This document shows positions 20,006 through 29,935 of a stretch of 54,519 nt of DNA, piece by piece. Origin of the DNA: an uncultured virus (IMG/VR IMGVR_UViG_3300034022_000723) (taxonomy: Duplodnaviria; Heunggongvirae; Uroviricota; Caudoviricetes); the IMG/VR virus record IMGVR_UViG_3300034022_000723, positions 62,001-116,519 of that record; one strand, 5' to 3'. A program made the translations under genes and the position numbers. The notes below the pieces were generated by a model that was not told where the DNA came from, ran no database searches, and worked only from the letters and a program-made list of their open reading frames with translations. Numbering within the stretch: the stretch's first letter is position 1; the number at the start of each line of letters is the position of its first letter.

Positions 20006-20842
20006 ATGGAAACCAACAAAATTTACAACGGAGATTGCTTAGAATTATTTAAAGAATTAGAAAATAATATGATAGATTTAGTGGTAACATCACCACCCTA
20101 TAATGTTGGTATTGAATATGATGTTCACGTTGATAATTTACCGATGGATGAGTACTTTGTGTGGGTAAAAACTTGGTTAACCGAAGTTTATCGTACATTA
20201 AAAGACGATGGTAGAATTGCAATTAATATACCATATGAAGTAAATGTTAGAGACAGAGGTGGACGTGTTTTTATGGTGTCTGAGTATTGGCAAATTATGA
20301 AGGAAATTGGATTTGGATTCTTTGGTGTTGTGGACTTAGAAGAATCGTCACCACATAGACATAAAACAACAGCATGGGGTTCTTGGATGTCACCATCGGC
20401 ACCATACATTTATAATCCTAAAGAGGCGGTTATTTTAGCATATAAGAAAGATTATATTAAAAAGGTTAAAGGTGTTCCGGAATGGGCGTATAATGACGTA
20501 GAGATTGAAAATGAGGACGGTACAAAGAAAATGAAGAGAATGTACGATGACCAAGATAAAATCGAATTTATGGAACTTGTATTCGGTCAATGGAAGTATT
20601 TTGCAGATACTAAGTCATTAACAAAAGCAACCTTTTCATTGGACATCCCAATGAAAGCGATAAAGATTTTAAGTTATAAAGGAGATATCATATTAGATCC
20701 GTTTTCTGGTTCAGGAACGACAGCATTGGCAGCTAAGAGGTTAGAAAGAAATTATATAGGATTTGAGTTATCGGAAAAATATGCTAACATTTCTAAACAC
20801 CGAGTTGGGATACAGGATTCTGAGGAGTCCCCAAATACATAG
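20006..20842 (+). CDS. Orphan N4-C/N6-A DNA methyltransferase (beta class)
   Basis: TSPPY precedes LDPFSGSGTT. Confidence 0.9.
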   Translation: METNKIYNGDCLELFKELENNMIDLVVTSPPYNVGIEYDVHVDNLPMDEYFVWVKTWLTEVYRTLKDDGRIAINIPYEVNVRDRGGRVFMVSEYWQIMKEIGFGFFGVVDLEESSPHRHKTTAWGSWMSPSAPYIYNPKEAVILAYKKDYIKKVKGVPEWAYNDVEIENEDGTKKMKRMYDDQDKIEFMELVFGQWKYFADTKSLTKATFSLDIPMKAIKILSYKGDIILDPFSGSGTTALAAKRLERNYIGFELSEKYANISKHRVGIQDSEESPNT

Positions 20843-21170
20843 CAACTTTATCACCCACTTTCCACCCATCACAGGTACCTGCGGGAAATTCAATAATATG
20901 ATCACCAATACCTGTGTAACGAGGTAAAGTCATCCTATGTGGGTCAGGAGCCTCACAGTTAGAATGTATACGATTAATACGGTTGTTAAGAACAAATAAA
21001 ATATCTAATGGTATTAAACAGTTCTTCATCCAAAATGAGTGGTGACCTTTACCCATCTTGAATACCATACAACCGTTTAGTTCTGTTCTACCCATCATAC
21101 CTTTTTGAATATCATCTGGTGATGAAAGGTATTCGGCGGGAAATGTTTTGTTATTGATGTGAACTGACAT
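20793..21170 (-). CDS. DUF192-family protein
   Basis: GMMGR, FWMKNCLIPLDILF, IEFPAG. Confidence 0.85.
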   Translation of the reverse strand: MSVHINNKTFPAEYLSSPDDIQKGMMGRTELNGCMVFKMGKGHHSFWMKNCLIPLDILFVLNNRINRIHSNCEAPDPHRMTLPRYTGIGDHIIEFPAGTCDGWKVGDKVAMYLGTPQNPVSQLGV

Positions 21171-21226
21171 ATCTATAATTATTTGGAAATTTCAAATTAA
21201 AAGGTTATATTATAAAAAACAAAGTT

Positions 21227-21406
21227 ATGCAAATAAAAATTAGAGAAATAATCTATATAATGATGATGATAACTGGTATCCTTATTGAAAAATACGGGTT
21301 GAATACGGGTAACCCTGAATTGGAAAAGATGTTTGGTTGGGGTATGATTAGTTTAGGACCAATCAATATGGTCATTGATTATATTAAGAAACCTAAAAAG
21401 AAGTAA
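21227..21406 (+). CDS. Small membrane protein (59 aa)
   Basis: Own translation MQIKIREIIYIMMMITG...KKPKKK; two hydrophobic stretches. Confidence 0.5.
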   Translation: MQIKIREIIYIMMMITGILIEKYGLNTGNPELEKMFGWGMISLGPINMVIDYIKKPKKK

Positions 21407-21407
21407 T

Positions 21408-21605
21408 ATGTTTAAGAATTATTATAAAGATTTCTTTGTTTATAAAAAGAAACATCATTGGTATATTTTACCTGCAATTATTTTCTATTACGATAAGGAT
21501 GAATATTATGAGGATGGTAAAACATCACCATCTTGGGGGTTAACTATTAGGTGGTTGACATATATGGTGGGGTTCCAAATACAAAAAAACCCTGATAATC
21601 AATAA
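21408..21605 (+). CDS. Hypothetical protein
   Basis: Start taken at MFKNYY just after the previous stop. Confidence 0.5.
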   Translation: MFKNYYKDFFVYKKKHHWYILPAIIFYYDKDEYYEDGKTSPSWGLTIRWLTYMVGFQIQKNPDNQ

Positions 21606-21631
21606 ATTACCAGGGTTAACAAGGGAGAGAA

Positions 21632-21757
21632 CTATCGACCTTGTCCACGATAGTTGTTTTCAGTTCTATCGTGTTTGTTGCGAGTTTTTGTTGCCGAACC
21701 TTTTTTTCTCTTACCAAAAGAGACCTTATTGTTACTAGCACTTTTTCCTTTAGCCAT
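21632..21757 (-). CDS. 41-aa basic micro-protein ending YRGQGR
   Basis: Own translation MAKGKSASNNKVSFGKRKKG...YRGQGR. Confidence 0.65.
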   Translation of the reverse strand: MAKGKSASNNKVSFGKRKKGSATKTRNKHDRTENNYRGQGR

Positions 21758-21822
21758 AAAATTTATTTATTAATAAGTATATCTGAAAATAGTTTTGTAT
21801 ATTTGATACCTAAACTTACTTT

Positions 21823-23751
21823 ATGGAGGAAATATTACTTTACCAAACATATACTTACGCGAGAATTACCCCATTTAAGAACTATTCTAAGTTCCCAAGA
21901 GTAGACACATCACATAGTGGTATACATAAACAAGTGTCATATGAAGACAAGTATGGTGGTAGTACGACCACTGAATATTATGATGGGGGTAGTGGGGTTC
22001 CAATATCACCACTAACAGATGAAATCAAAAAGAAAAAAACAAGATTTTTTTATTGGGACGATGAATATAAAAATGTTCCGATTATTATGTACGCTTCCAC
22101 TCATAAACTAAATGGAACACCGGGGGAGTTTTATACTACAAAGGATAGACACATCAAGAAATACTATAATGAACCCCTTAGTGAAATATCAGTTCACATA
22201 TTAGAAAGGTCAATAATAAAAAAAGGAGATAAGATTACAATTAAAACAAACAAATTCACAAAATTCAGAGGATTTAACTGTAAGTATTTTAAAACAAACA
22301 AATACACCACATCAGTTACTTTTGATATGGTTAAAGGGGATTTTTTATTTGTTGATAGTGGTAAACATGGAAAAACCAAAACCACACCTCGATTTAGAAA
22401 GAACGGGTTTCAACAACTTGACAATTTTTTAGATAGTAGCGATGGACCATTGAAGTTTTTAAGAAATCATATGGGTAAAAATAATCCATTGTACAAAGAA
22501 TTAAAAAATAATTTTAAAGATAAAGAATTTAACGACGTACTTAGTAAAGTGTTTAACATTAATTTTACAACAGATGGTTCATTTTTTAAAACTTTTTTTT
22601 ATGAAGAGGTAATGAGATGGTTTATTAATACCAAGAAAATAAAGATACCAAACGACTACAAAAAACTATTGGTTCATTATTACCCAACAGAAAAATACTT
22701 AAAGAAAAACGATAGAAAATTAATTGCGTCAGTATTAGATGTTTATCAAATAAAATCTAAAGTGACAATAAAACTATTACATGAGAAACCTAACATTGAT
22801 TTAGGTTCTTTATATATGTTATGTTATTTGTTTGGTAATAACTACCAAAAATATATCGGTTCCATAAATAAAGATTTATTTGGAACAACATCCGATAACG
22901 ATAAGGGACATTTAATTGGTGCATCATCATTAAAAATGATGGAAAATATACGTGACAGAATTAAAAATCACGGATATGACATATCTGATATTGAAAAAGA
23001 AAATTTATTATCGGTGTTAACAAGTGAAACAGAAAAAGGAATATCGGTAGATGAAAATTTTATGGGGTTAGTGATGGATCATTTTAGGATGTTGAGTAAA
23101 ATAAGAGAGTATGATCCTAATATTAGAATGAGAGCAAATACTAGAGTTAAGTTTCATAGTGAACACAATGAATTATCTAGAATGATATCTGCAATTAAAA
23201 AAGGTTGGGTCATTCAATATTTCTATCCTGAAGAAACGGTGAGACAAATTCAACAACCAATTAGTTGTGAGAAAAAAAGTGAGTTGTGGAAACACAGTAG
23301 TAATGGTAATAAAGAACTTATCACTACAATAAGTGACGGTGAGATAATGATACACCCATATGTTCTAACAAGAGAAGAGGAATACGTTGAAGAAGGTAGG
23401 TTTATGCATCACTGTGTTGCATCATACGCGGAGACAGACACATCAATTATTGTATCGTTGAGGACTGAAGATAAACAAGATAGAGTTACGTGTGAGTTTA
23501 AAATATCAGATGGAAGAATGGTGCAATCAAAATATTTCTCAAACTCACAACCACCAAAACATTATCAAAATGTGATAGATGATGTAAGTGATTTGATTAG
23601 AATGCACGCGAGATTTGGAACACTCAACTGGTTAAAGAAGGATAGAGTACCTGTTATGATAAATGGAGTTGAAATTGCTCCCGAAATGAGAGAACCGAGA
23701 AGATTAATAGATATTTTAAATTTAGATGACGCCGAACCACTACCATTTTAA
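21823..23751 (+). CDS. PcfJ-like domain protein
   Basis: C-terminal EEGRFMHHCVASY..IVSLR..Q..N. Confidence 0.7.
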   Translation: MEEILLYQTYTYARITPFKNYSKFPRVDTSHSGIHKQVSYEDKYGGSTTTEYYDGGSGVPISPLTDEIKKKKTRFFYWDDEYKNVPIIMYASTHKLNGTPGEFYTTKDRHIKKYYNEPLSEISVHILERSIIKKGDKITIKTNKFTKFRGFNCKYFKTNKYTTSVTFDMVKGDFLFVDSGKHGKTKTTPRFRKNGFQQLDNFLDSSDGPLKFLRNHMGKNNPLYKELKNNFKDKEFNDVLSKVFNINFTTDGSFFKTFFYEEVMRWFINTKKIKIPNDYKKLLVHYYPTEKYLKKNDRKLIASVLDVYQIKSKVTIKLLHEKPNIDLGSLYMLCYLFGNNYQKYIGSINKDLFGTTSDNDKGHLIGASSLKMMENIRDRIKNHGYDISDIEKENLLSVLTSETEKGISVDENFMGLVMDHFRMLSKIREYDPNIRMRANTRVKFHSEHNELSRMISAIKKGWVIQYFYPEETVRQIQQPISCEKKSELWKHSSNGNKELITTISDGEIMIHPYVLTREEEYVEEGRFMHHCVASYAETDTSIIVSLRTEDKQDRVTCEFKISDGRMVQSKYFSNSQPPKHYQNVIDDVSDLIRMHARFGTLNWLKKDRVPVMINGVEIAPEMREPRRLIDILNLDDAEPLPF

Positions 23752-23786
23752 CTACACATTTTCATTTAATCCATATATATTTCTAT

Positions 23787-25187
23787 ATGGATTTATTATT
23801 TTCGTACTCCCAACAAAAGAAGGATAAGAATAGAAAGAGAGATGAATCAATTAGTGAATGTTTAATTAGATTACACAAACACAATGATGAACTTACATAT
23901 GAAGGTATTTTTGATTTTGACTACGATAGATATGGTACACCAAGACATGTAACGTTCGAACACAATTTAATTGTTAATTTAATCACTGGTGATGTTTCGG
24001 TAAAGTATGAGATTAAAAATAATGTTAATATCGATGAAAAAATATTTAGAAGTACAGATCAAAACAAAAAGAATGATTTTAAACTGTTGTTTGATTTAAT
24101 TGAAAATGGAATTGCTCGAGGAGAAAAACGTAGAGGTTATTGGGGGGTCAAATATGAGAGATCAGTTGATAAAATATGTGACATTTTTATCCAACAAATA
24201 CAACCAAAATTTAAATCACAATTTCTTAAAGATAAGAACTATAAATTAAAACCTTTTTACAATACTATCTATGATATGTTAGTTGATTATCATTTAGACA
24301 TAAAAGGTATTAAAGGACACAACGCGGTATATTATGATATCCAAAATGATTACCCAAAAAAGAAATGGTTGGACAAAAACGATAATAAATTTCTACCGGC
24401 AGTTTTAGATTATTATGGTATTAAATCAAAATATCTAATAAAAGAATTGAGTCAGAACGTTAGACAAATTCAAATCAGTACATTAAATTATTTCTGTAAG
24501 TTATTCGGTGACAATCACGTTGAATACTTAAAGAAATTTATTTGGGAAATACATTGTTATGATACCCCACCCAACAAAAAAATACATTATTTAAAGAATG
24601 AATCTGAAAAAGATTTTTTAGTTAAAGTAATTAATGATTGGGAAATAGACACAATTAAAACAGATTCGTTAATTTATACATTAAATAAGTTATTTTCAAT
24701 TAGAGATTTGTTAGAACAAAGAGGAGTTAATCTTAAATTTAAGGCAAAAAACGATGTTGAATTTGATAATATTATGGAGACATGGTCAGGATTAAAATTA
24801 CATTTCGCACGTGGATATAAAGTAAGATATCTTATACCTGAAGATTTTGTGAAAGAAATGGAAGAAGATATTGTGATTGATGAATTAGTATTTAAACCCA
24901 AATTATTATTAACAGAAGATGATTTTAGAATTGAAGGATTTAATATGAAAAATTGTATGTCTAAACAATTTGCACACGGAGTCGTTTACATATTCGCATC
25001 ATTGCAACATAAAAGGAAAAGAATTAATTTACAATACAGAAAGGGTAATTTAATACAGTCCTATGGTAAGGCCAACACACCGGTTATTGAGATATTTGAA
25101 GAGGCTACCAATATTTTAACATCAAGGTTTAAGAAGTACCCAACGATAGAGTGGAAGAAAGACAAATATGATTTCATAACTTATTGA
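23787..25187 (+). CDS. PcfJ-like domain protein, paralogue of upstream gene
   Basis: EGFNMKNCM..Q..GKAN; shares KND.K....VLD.Y.IKSK block. Confidence 0.65.
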   Translation: MDLLFSYSQQKKDKNRKRDESISECLIRLHKHNDELTYEGIFDFDYDRYGTPRHVTFEHNLIVNLITGDVSVKYEIKNNVNIDEKIFRSTDQNKKNDFKLLFDLIENGIARGEKRRGYWGVKYERSVDKICDIFIQQIQPKFKSQFLKDKNYKLKPFYNTIYDMLVDYHLDIKGIKGHNAVYYDIQNDYPKKKWLDKNDNKFLPAVLDYYGIKSKYLIKELSQNVRQIQISTLNYFCKLFGDNHVEYLKKFIWEIHCYDTPPNKKIHYLKNESEKDFLVKVINDWEIDTIKTDSLIYTLNKLFSIRDLLEQRGVNLKFKAKNDVEFDNIMETWSGLKLHFARGYKVRYLIPEDFVKEMEEDIVIDELVFKPKLLLTEDDFRIEGFNMKNCMSKQFAHGVVYIFASLQHKRKRINLQYRKGNLIQSYGKANTPVIEIFEEATNILTSRFKKYPTIEWKKDKYDFITY

Positions 25188-25217
25188 TAATCAATGTATT
25201 TTTTTAATAAAATTTTT

Positions 25218-25248
25218 TTTGGTATATTCTAATTAATACCTATCTTTG
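25218..25248 (+). promoter_or_regulatory. Bacteroidota-type promoter
   Basis: TTTG-N19-TATCTTTG. Confidence 0.7.
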
Positions 25249-25269
25249 ATGTGAACTAAACTAAATCAA

Positions 25270-26244
25270 ATGAAATATCTATCAGTTTGTAGTGGTATTG
25301 AATCCGCTACAGTTGCGTGGGAACCACTTGGTTGGGAATGTGTTGGTCTATGTGACTTCGCATCATTTCCACAAAAAGTATTATCCCATCATTATCCAAA
25401 CACAACATTATTTACTGACATTACTAAACTAACTCAACATGAAAAGTACAAAAAAATTAAATTTGACTTATTGGTCGGCGGAACGCCTTGTCAATCTTTT
25501 TCCGATGCAGGACTCAACAAAGGAATGGATGACATCCGTGGTAGAATCTCCCTTGAATATGCAAGAATTCTTAAAGAAAAACGACCAAGATGGTTCATTT
25601 GGGAAAATGTCGAAGGGGTTTTTAAAAACAAACACAAAAAATCCTTATGTGAAATCATCTCCTCTTTCACTGGTGTTGACTTCAAACCAGAAGGTCTCGA
25701 CAAACAAGGTATTGTCCAAGGAGAAGAGTACTCAATCGCTTATAGGGTTCTCGACAGCCAATACTTCGGAGTTCCCCAACGACGCAAAAGAATCTATATT
25801 GTCGGATATCGTGGAAAAAACTGGAAAATCCCATTCTCAGTATTATTTGAGCAAGGATGTTTTGAAAGCGTTAAAGAAAAGAATAAAAGCAAGAGGGATG
25901 AGTACACCAAAAATATTCTCGGAGAAATTAAACTCGCTGGTACGATAACAAAATCATACGGACAAACCCAAACAGATGGAATGGGTCGTGTGTCAACATC
26001 TAATTTTTGGGTTGATGATAATGGTATAAGATGTTTCACTGAAAGAGAATTAGAAAGATTACAGGGGTTCCCTGATGGTTATTTAGATTTTGAAGTTGAT
26101 GGTAAGAAACCTGGTTATTCCGCTGTAAAGGGTGCTCTCGGTAATTCAATGACTGTAAACGTTATGTATTGGATTGGACAGAGAATTAATTTTATTGACA
26201 ATTATATTGAATCCAAAAAGATTTTGAAATTCAAGAAAATTTAA
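25270..26244 (+). CDS. Orphan C5-cytosine DNA methyltransferase
   Basis: CSGIE, GGTPCQSFS, WENV, PQRRKR, RLQGFPD, GNS. Confidence 0.92.
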   Translation: MKYLSVCSGIESATVAWEPLGWECVGLCDFASFPQKVLSHHYPNTTLFTDITKLTQHEKYKKIKFDLLVGGTPCQSFSDAGLNKGMDDIRGRISLEYARILKEKRPRWFIWENVEGVFKNKHKKSLCEIISSFTGVDFKPEGLDKQGIVQGEEYSIAYRVLDSQYFGVPQRRKRIYIVGYRGKNWKIPFSVLFEQGCFESVKEKNKSKRDEYTKNILGEIKLAGTITKSYGQTQTDGMGRVSTSNFWVDDNGIRCFTERELERLQGFPDGYLDFEVDGKKPGYSAVKGALGNSMTVNVMYWIGQRINFIDNYIESKKILKFKKI

Positions 26245-26256
26245 TTATATTACATT

Positions 26257-26421
26257 ATGCAAGAAAAAGAATCAAAGACATCGACACATTTTTGGATTAG
26301 TTTAGTTAAATCTTTTTTTAGAATTTGTGCGGGTGTTGCTTTAGTTGACGGGTCTTTAACGGATGCTGGTGGTTTATTAATCATAGCCGAAGCACTTGGA
26401 ATCGCCGAAGAAATATTTTAA
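26257..26421 (+). CDS. Small membrane protein (54 aa)
   Basis: Own translation MQEKESKTSTHFWISLVKS...AEALGIAEEIF. Confidence 0.55.
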   Translation: MQEKESKTSTHFWISLVKSFFRICAGVALVDGSLTDAGGLLIIAEALGIAEEIF

Positions 26422-26423
26422 TT

Positions 26424-27041
26424 ATGGTATTTGAAACAAACAATATTAAGATTTCTTACGAACCACATTTAGATGGTGGTGGCACTACATTTGGTATAAA
26501 CGCCTTAGATAGTGAAAAAGTAAAAAAATTCATTAAGAAAGGTAGAGTTATGGAAATGTGTTCAGGACCTGGTTTTATGGGATTTCATTTACTTGGACAG
26601 GGTTATTGTGATGAGTTATATTTGGTCGACATCAATCGAGAAAATCTTAAACATATAAATGAAACAATAAGTTTAAATAATTTAGATAATGTTAAATTTA
26701 TTGAATCAAATGGATTTAATGAATTAGTCGGTGAACCAAATATCGATGTTATCATTAGTAATCCACCTCATTTTAAAACATTAAGACCTGAAGGTTATAG
26801 ATTTGACAATGAGAAATTATTATCGTTAGACAAAGATATGAACTTCCATAGAGAATTTTTTAAAGATGTTAAAAAACATTTATCAAAAGATGGTATCATA
26901 ATTCTTGTTGAAAATTGCGATGGTGTAACCGAAGATGATATTAGAGAATTAACAAAAGATGATTTTAAAGTTGAATATGTGGAATACGATGATTATGGGT
27001 GGACAGGTAAATCAAAATTTTATACAATTGTTCTATCATGA
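26424..27041 (+). CDS. SAM methyltransferase, PrmC/MTS-like
   Basis: EMCSGPG, VDIN, ISNPPH. Confidence 0.75.
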   Translation: MVFETNNIKISYEPHLDGGGTTFGINALDSEKVKKFIKKGRVMEMCSGPGFMGFHLLGQGYCDELYLVDINRENLKHINETISLNNLDNVKFIESNGFNELVGEPNIDVIISNPPHFKTLRPEGYRFDNEKLLSLDKDMNFHREFFKDVKKHLSKDGIIILVENCDGVTEDDIRELTKDDFKVEYVEYDDYGWTGKSKFYTIVLS

Positions 27042-27328
27042 ATCATTACCAAACAATAGCATTTGCAAACAAATTATATTACGATAATATGAAAACATTT
27101 AAAGATTTAGTATTTGAAGAACATCCTTCAGGTACTGGAAAAATAGCAAGAATGGAATTTAAAAATGGACATGGAATTAGTGTTGTTCAAGGACATATAT
27201 TTTTAAATGAAAGTAATTTATATGATATGGCGGAAATTTTTAATAATGAAGTTGTTACATCAACTAATATTATGGAAGTTACTGAAGAAGAGATTACTAA
27301 TAAAATGATTGAGTTACAAGAACAATAA
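27038..27328 (+). CDS. Hypothetical phage protein
   Basis: F.NG.GISVV motif; start may be MKTFKDL. Confidence 0.55.
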   Translation: MNHYQTIAFANKLYYDNMKTFKDLVFEEHPSGTGKIARMEFKNGHGISVVQGHIFLNESNLYDMAEIFNNEVVTSTNIMEVTEEEITNKMIELQEQ

Positions 27329-27331
27329 AAT

Positions 27332-27643
27332 ATGGGAATAATAAATAAATCAGAAAATTGGTGGTTAAGATTATCATTAGTTTTATTTGCGTTAATCACA
27401 TTAGCATCGGCGTCAGTTATTAATAGAAGTGTAACTTCGGAAAGACAAATATTAATTGATAGCGTATCATACTTTAAATTACAAAATGATTCAATTAAAA
27501 TTAAATACGATAGTTTAAGAGATGAACATTTTATTTTAAATGTTGAATTAGGTAGAGACAAGTTGACGTGGGAATACCTAAAAGAAAATTTTCTTAATGT
27601 TTATAATAATGCAATGAAATATAAATCACATGAAACAGAATAA
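27332..27643 (+). CDS. Membrane-anchored coiled-coil protein
   Basis: N-terminal hydrophobic helix. Confidence 0.55.
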   Translation: MGIINKSENWWLRLSLVLFALITLASASVINRSVTSERQILIDSVSYFKLQNDSIKIKYDSLRDEHFILNVELGRDKLTWEYLKENFLNVYNNAMKYKSHETE

Positions 27644-27941
27644 AGACACAGAAATTAACTTAGGTAGTGGTAATAATATGGAAATGAAGTCGTCTAGAAT
27701 GGTAACAACTTATCAAGTACTTTATTTAACAACACCCGAAGATGGTACCATACCTATGACAGTTAAAATTGAAGCCGATTTTGATACGATTCCTGAAGAA
27801 TACCAAGAGGTGTTCATGAATATGATATCTGTAAAATACTTGGATAGAGTTTCATTTGGTGATAACCCATTCTCCCAATGTTTACCAGCACCTAAAAGAC
27901 GATGGTGGCAAATATGGAAATCTAAAACTATTGAAATATGA
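27630..27941 (+). CDS. Hypothetical protein with KRRWWQIWK tail
   Basis: ORF; amphipathic W/K C-terminus. Confidence 0.55.
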   Translation: MKQNKDTEINLGSGNNMEMKSSRMVTTYQVLYLTTPEDGTIPMTVKIEADFDTIPEEYQEVFMNMISVKYLDRVSFGDNPFSQCLPAPKRRWWQIWKSKTIEI

Positions 27942-28078
27942 TTTATTTTATAATTGGTATTGTCGGAACAATACTTTGGATGGCATTTGAAATGTGGAGA
28001 GCACCATTTATGGATGACAACGGTAGAATAACTAAACCAGGTAATAAATTATCAGATTTATTTAAAAAGAAAAGATGA
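27938..28078 (+). CDS. Small membrane protein (46 aa)
   Basis: Own translation MIYFIIGIVGTILWMAFEMW... Confidence 0.5.
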   Translation: MIYFIIGIVGTILWMAFEMWRAPFMDDNGRITKPGNKLSDLFKKKR

Positions 28079-28101
28079 TATTTATCATATAAACAACTAA
28101 T

Positions 28102-28512
28102 ATGGCGTATTCAGAAAAAGTTTTAGATCATTATTCCAATCCACAAAATGTGGGGACATTAGATAAGTCCAAATCAAACGTAGGTACCGGATTGGTTGGG
28201 GCTCCCGAGTGTGGTGATGTGATGAGATTACAAATAGAAGTAATTGATAATATTATTGTTGATGCAAAATTCAAAACATTTGGATGTGGTTCAGCAATTG
28301 CATCTTCATCTGTAGCAACTGAATGGTTAAAAGGAAAGAGCGTCGATGTGGCATTGACAATTGATAATATGGATTTAGTGGAAGAATTAAATCTACCACC
28401 GGTTAAGATTCACTGTTCAGTTTTAGCTGAGGACGCTATTAAATCTGCAATAAACGATTATAGGAAGAAACAAGGATTAGAGGAAATAATCTTTGACGCT
28501 TCACATGTATAA
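28102..28512 (+). CDS. iscU: Fe-S cluster scaffold IscU
   Basis: MAYSEKVLDHY, GAPECGD, FKTFGCGSAIASSS, LPPVKIHCS. Confidence 0.95.
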   Translation: MAYSEKVLDHYSNPQNVGTLDKSKSNVGTGLVGAPECGDVMRLQIEVIDNIIVDAKFKTFGCGSAIASSSVATEWLKGKSVDVALTIDNMDLVEELNLPPVKIHCSVLAEDAIKSAINDYRKKQGLEEIIFDASHV

Positions 28513-28525
28513 AAAAAAATAAATT

Positions 28526-28834
28526 ATGAGTTTTATTATTGGAAGTAGTTGTGTTGATTGTATGGATACCGCATGTGCAAATGCATGTCCGGTTGATTGT
28601 ATTCACGGACCAATAAATGTTGAAGGTTCAGGTTCAGAAGTGGGTGAACAAGGTAAAGATGCGTTCCCTGGTGGACAACTTTATATAAACCCTGACACTT
28701 GTATCAATTGTGGTGCATGTGTTCCTGAGTGTCCTGTTAGCGCTATCTATGAAGATGAAGATTTAGCAATTAAGGCTGGCGAAGAAGAATACGTTCATAA
28801 AAATTACGAGTTCTTTGGTTTAAAATACAATTAA
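28526..28834 (+). CDS. Dicluster ferredoxin
   Basis: CVDC..C...CPVDCI and CINCGACVPECP. Confidence 0.9.
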   Translation: MSFIIGSSCVDCMDTACANACPVDCIHGPINVEGSGSEVGEQGKDAFPGGQLYINPDTCINCGACVPECPVSAIYEDEDLAIKAGEEEYVHKNYEFFGLKYN

Positions 28835-28835
28835 A

Positions 28836-29165
28836 ATGGTTACAGTTTCGGACAAAGCACTTGAACACGTTGTTGAGTTGATGACGGAAAAAGGAATAAC
28901 ACCTGACACCCATTTTCTTCGTGTTGGAGTTAAAGGAGGTGGATGTAGTGGTTTATCTTACGCTATGGATTTTGACGATAATGTAACAGATATGGATGAA
29001 GTCGTTGATTTAAACGTATTGAGGGTGATTATAGATAAAAAATCACTTTTATATCTATATGGCACTGAATTAGATTATTCTGATGGATTAAACGGAAGGG
29101 GTTTTAATTGGATTAATCCGTCGGCGAGCCGCACTTGCGGATGTGGAGAAAGTTTTGCTCTCTAA
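28836..29165 (+). CDS. iscA: A-type Fe-S carrier (IscA/SufA/ErpA family)
   Basis: GGGCSGLSY, CGCGESF. Confidence 0.9.
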   Translation: MVTVSDKALEHVVELMTEKGITPDTHFLRVGVKGGGCSGLSYAMDFDDNVTDMDEVVDLNVLRVIIDKKSLLYLYGTELDYSDGLNGRGFNWINPSASRTCGCGESFAL

Positions 29166-29201
29166 TTTTTATTTTTCATTTATTTTTATTATATTATACC
29201 T

Positions 29202-29816
29202 ATGAAGGTATTAGAATTATTTGCGGGAAGTCGTTCAGTAGGTAAAATTGCCGAAAAACTTGGTATGGAAGTTTTTTCTTCCGACCTTATTGACTTTGAA
29301 GGTATTAACTACGCGGTTAGTATATTAGATTTTGATTATAAGAAAGTTCCATTTAAACCAGATGTAATATGGGCATCACCACCCTGTACTGGGTTTAGCG
29401 TTGCCGCAATTGGTCACCATTGGACAGGTGGTAAAGGGGCTTATATCCCTAATACAGATACCGCTCGATTAGGTATAGAACTCGTAAAGAAAACGTTAGA
29501 GATTATTGACCACTATAAACCCCAACATTGGTTTATGGAAAATCCACGAGGATTACTTCGTAAAATGGATTTGGTTCAAAATTTGAAACGCCAAACGGTT
29601 ACCTATTGTCAATATGGTGATGAACGTATGAAACCAACAGACATATGGACTAACAGTGATGTGTGGGTTCCTCGTAAGATGTGTAAGAATGGTGACCCTT
29701 GTCACGTTGCGGCACCAAGAGGATCAAGAACTGGCACACAAGGTAGAGCTAATGCTTATGAAAGAAGTAAGATACCAGAAGACCTATGTTATGAGATATT
29801 AAAAAGTTGTTTATAA
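29202..29816 (+). CDS. Short C5-cytosine methyltransferase-like protein
   Basis: LELFAG, WASPPC, MENP; only 204 aa. Confidence 0.7.
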   Translation: MKVLELFAGSRSVGKIAEKLGMEVFSSDLIDFEGINYAVSILDFDYKKVPFKPDVIWASPPCTGFSVAAIGHHWTGGKGAYIPNTDTARLGIELVKKTLEIIDHYKPQHWFMENPRGLLRKMDLVQNLKRQTVTYCQYGDERMKPTDIWTNSDVWVPRKMCKNGDPCHVAAPRGSRTGTQGRANAYERSKIPEDLCYEILKSCL

Positions 29817-29833
29817 ATTAAAAATTAAATAAT

Positions 29834-29935
29834 ATGGAAATGTTAATTATAATCGGTTACGTTGCATTTGCAACATTATCCGTTTTTTCGTTAGTAAATA
29901 TGCTTAGACAAATTAATAAAATTAAAGATGATTGA
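29834..29935 (+). CDS. Micro membrane protein (33 aa)
   Basis: Own translation MEMLIIIGYVAFATLSVFSLV... Confidence 0.4.
   Translation: MEMLIIIGYVAFATLSVFSLVNMLRQINKIKDD

Noticed and set aside
20793..20842. 50-nt convergent overlap of methyltransferase and DUF192 genes
   Set aside because: Involves only non-conserved tails; ordinary genome compaction
21641..21904. Plus-strand 87-aa ORF
   Set aside because: Antisense to the YRGQGR micro-gene and runs across a promoter region
25439..25948. 169-aa alternate-frame ORF inside the C5 methyltransferase
   Set aside because: No recognisable motifs and the main frame already has all motifs; most likely a chance overlap
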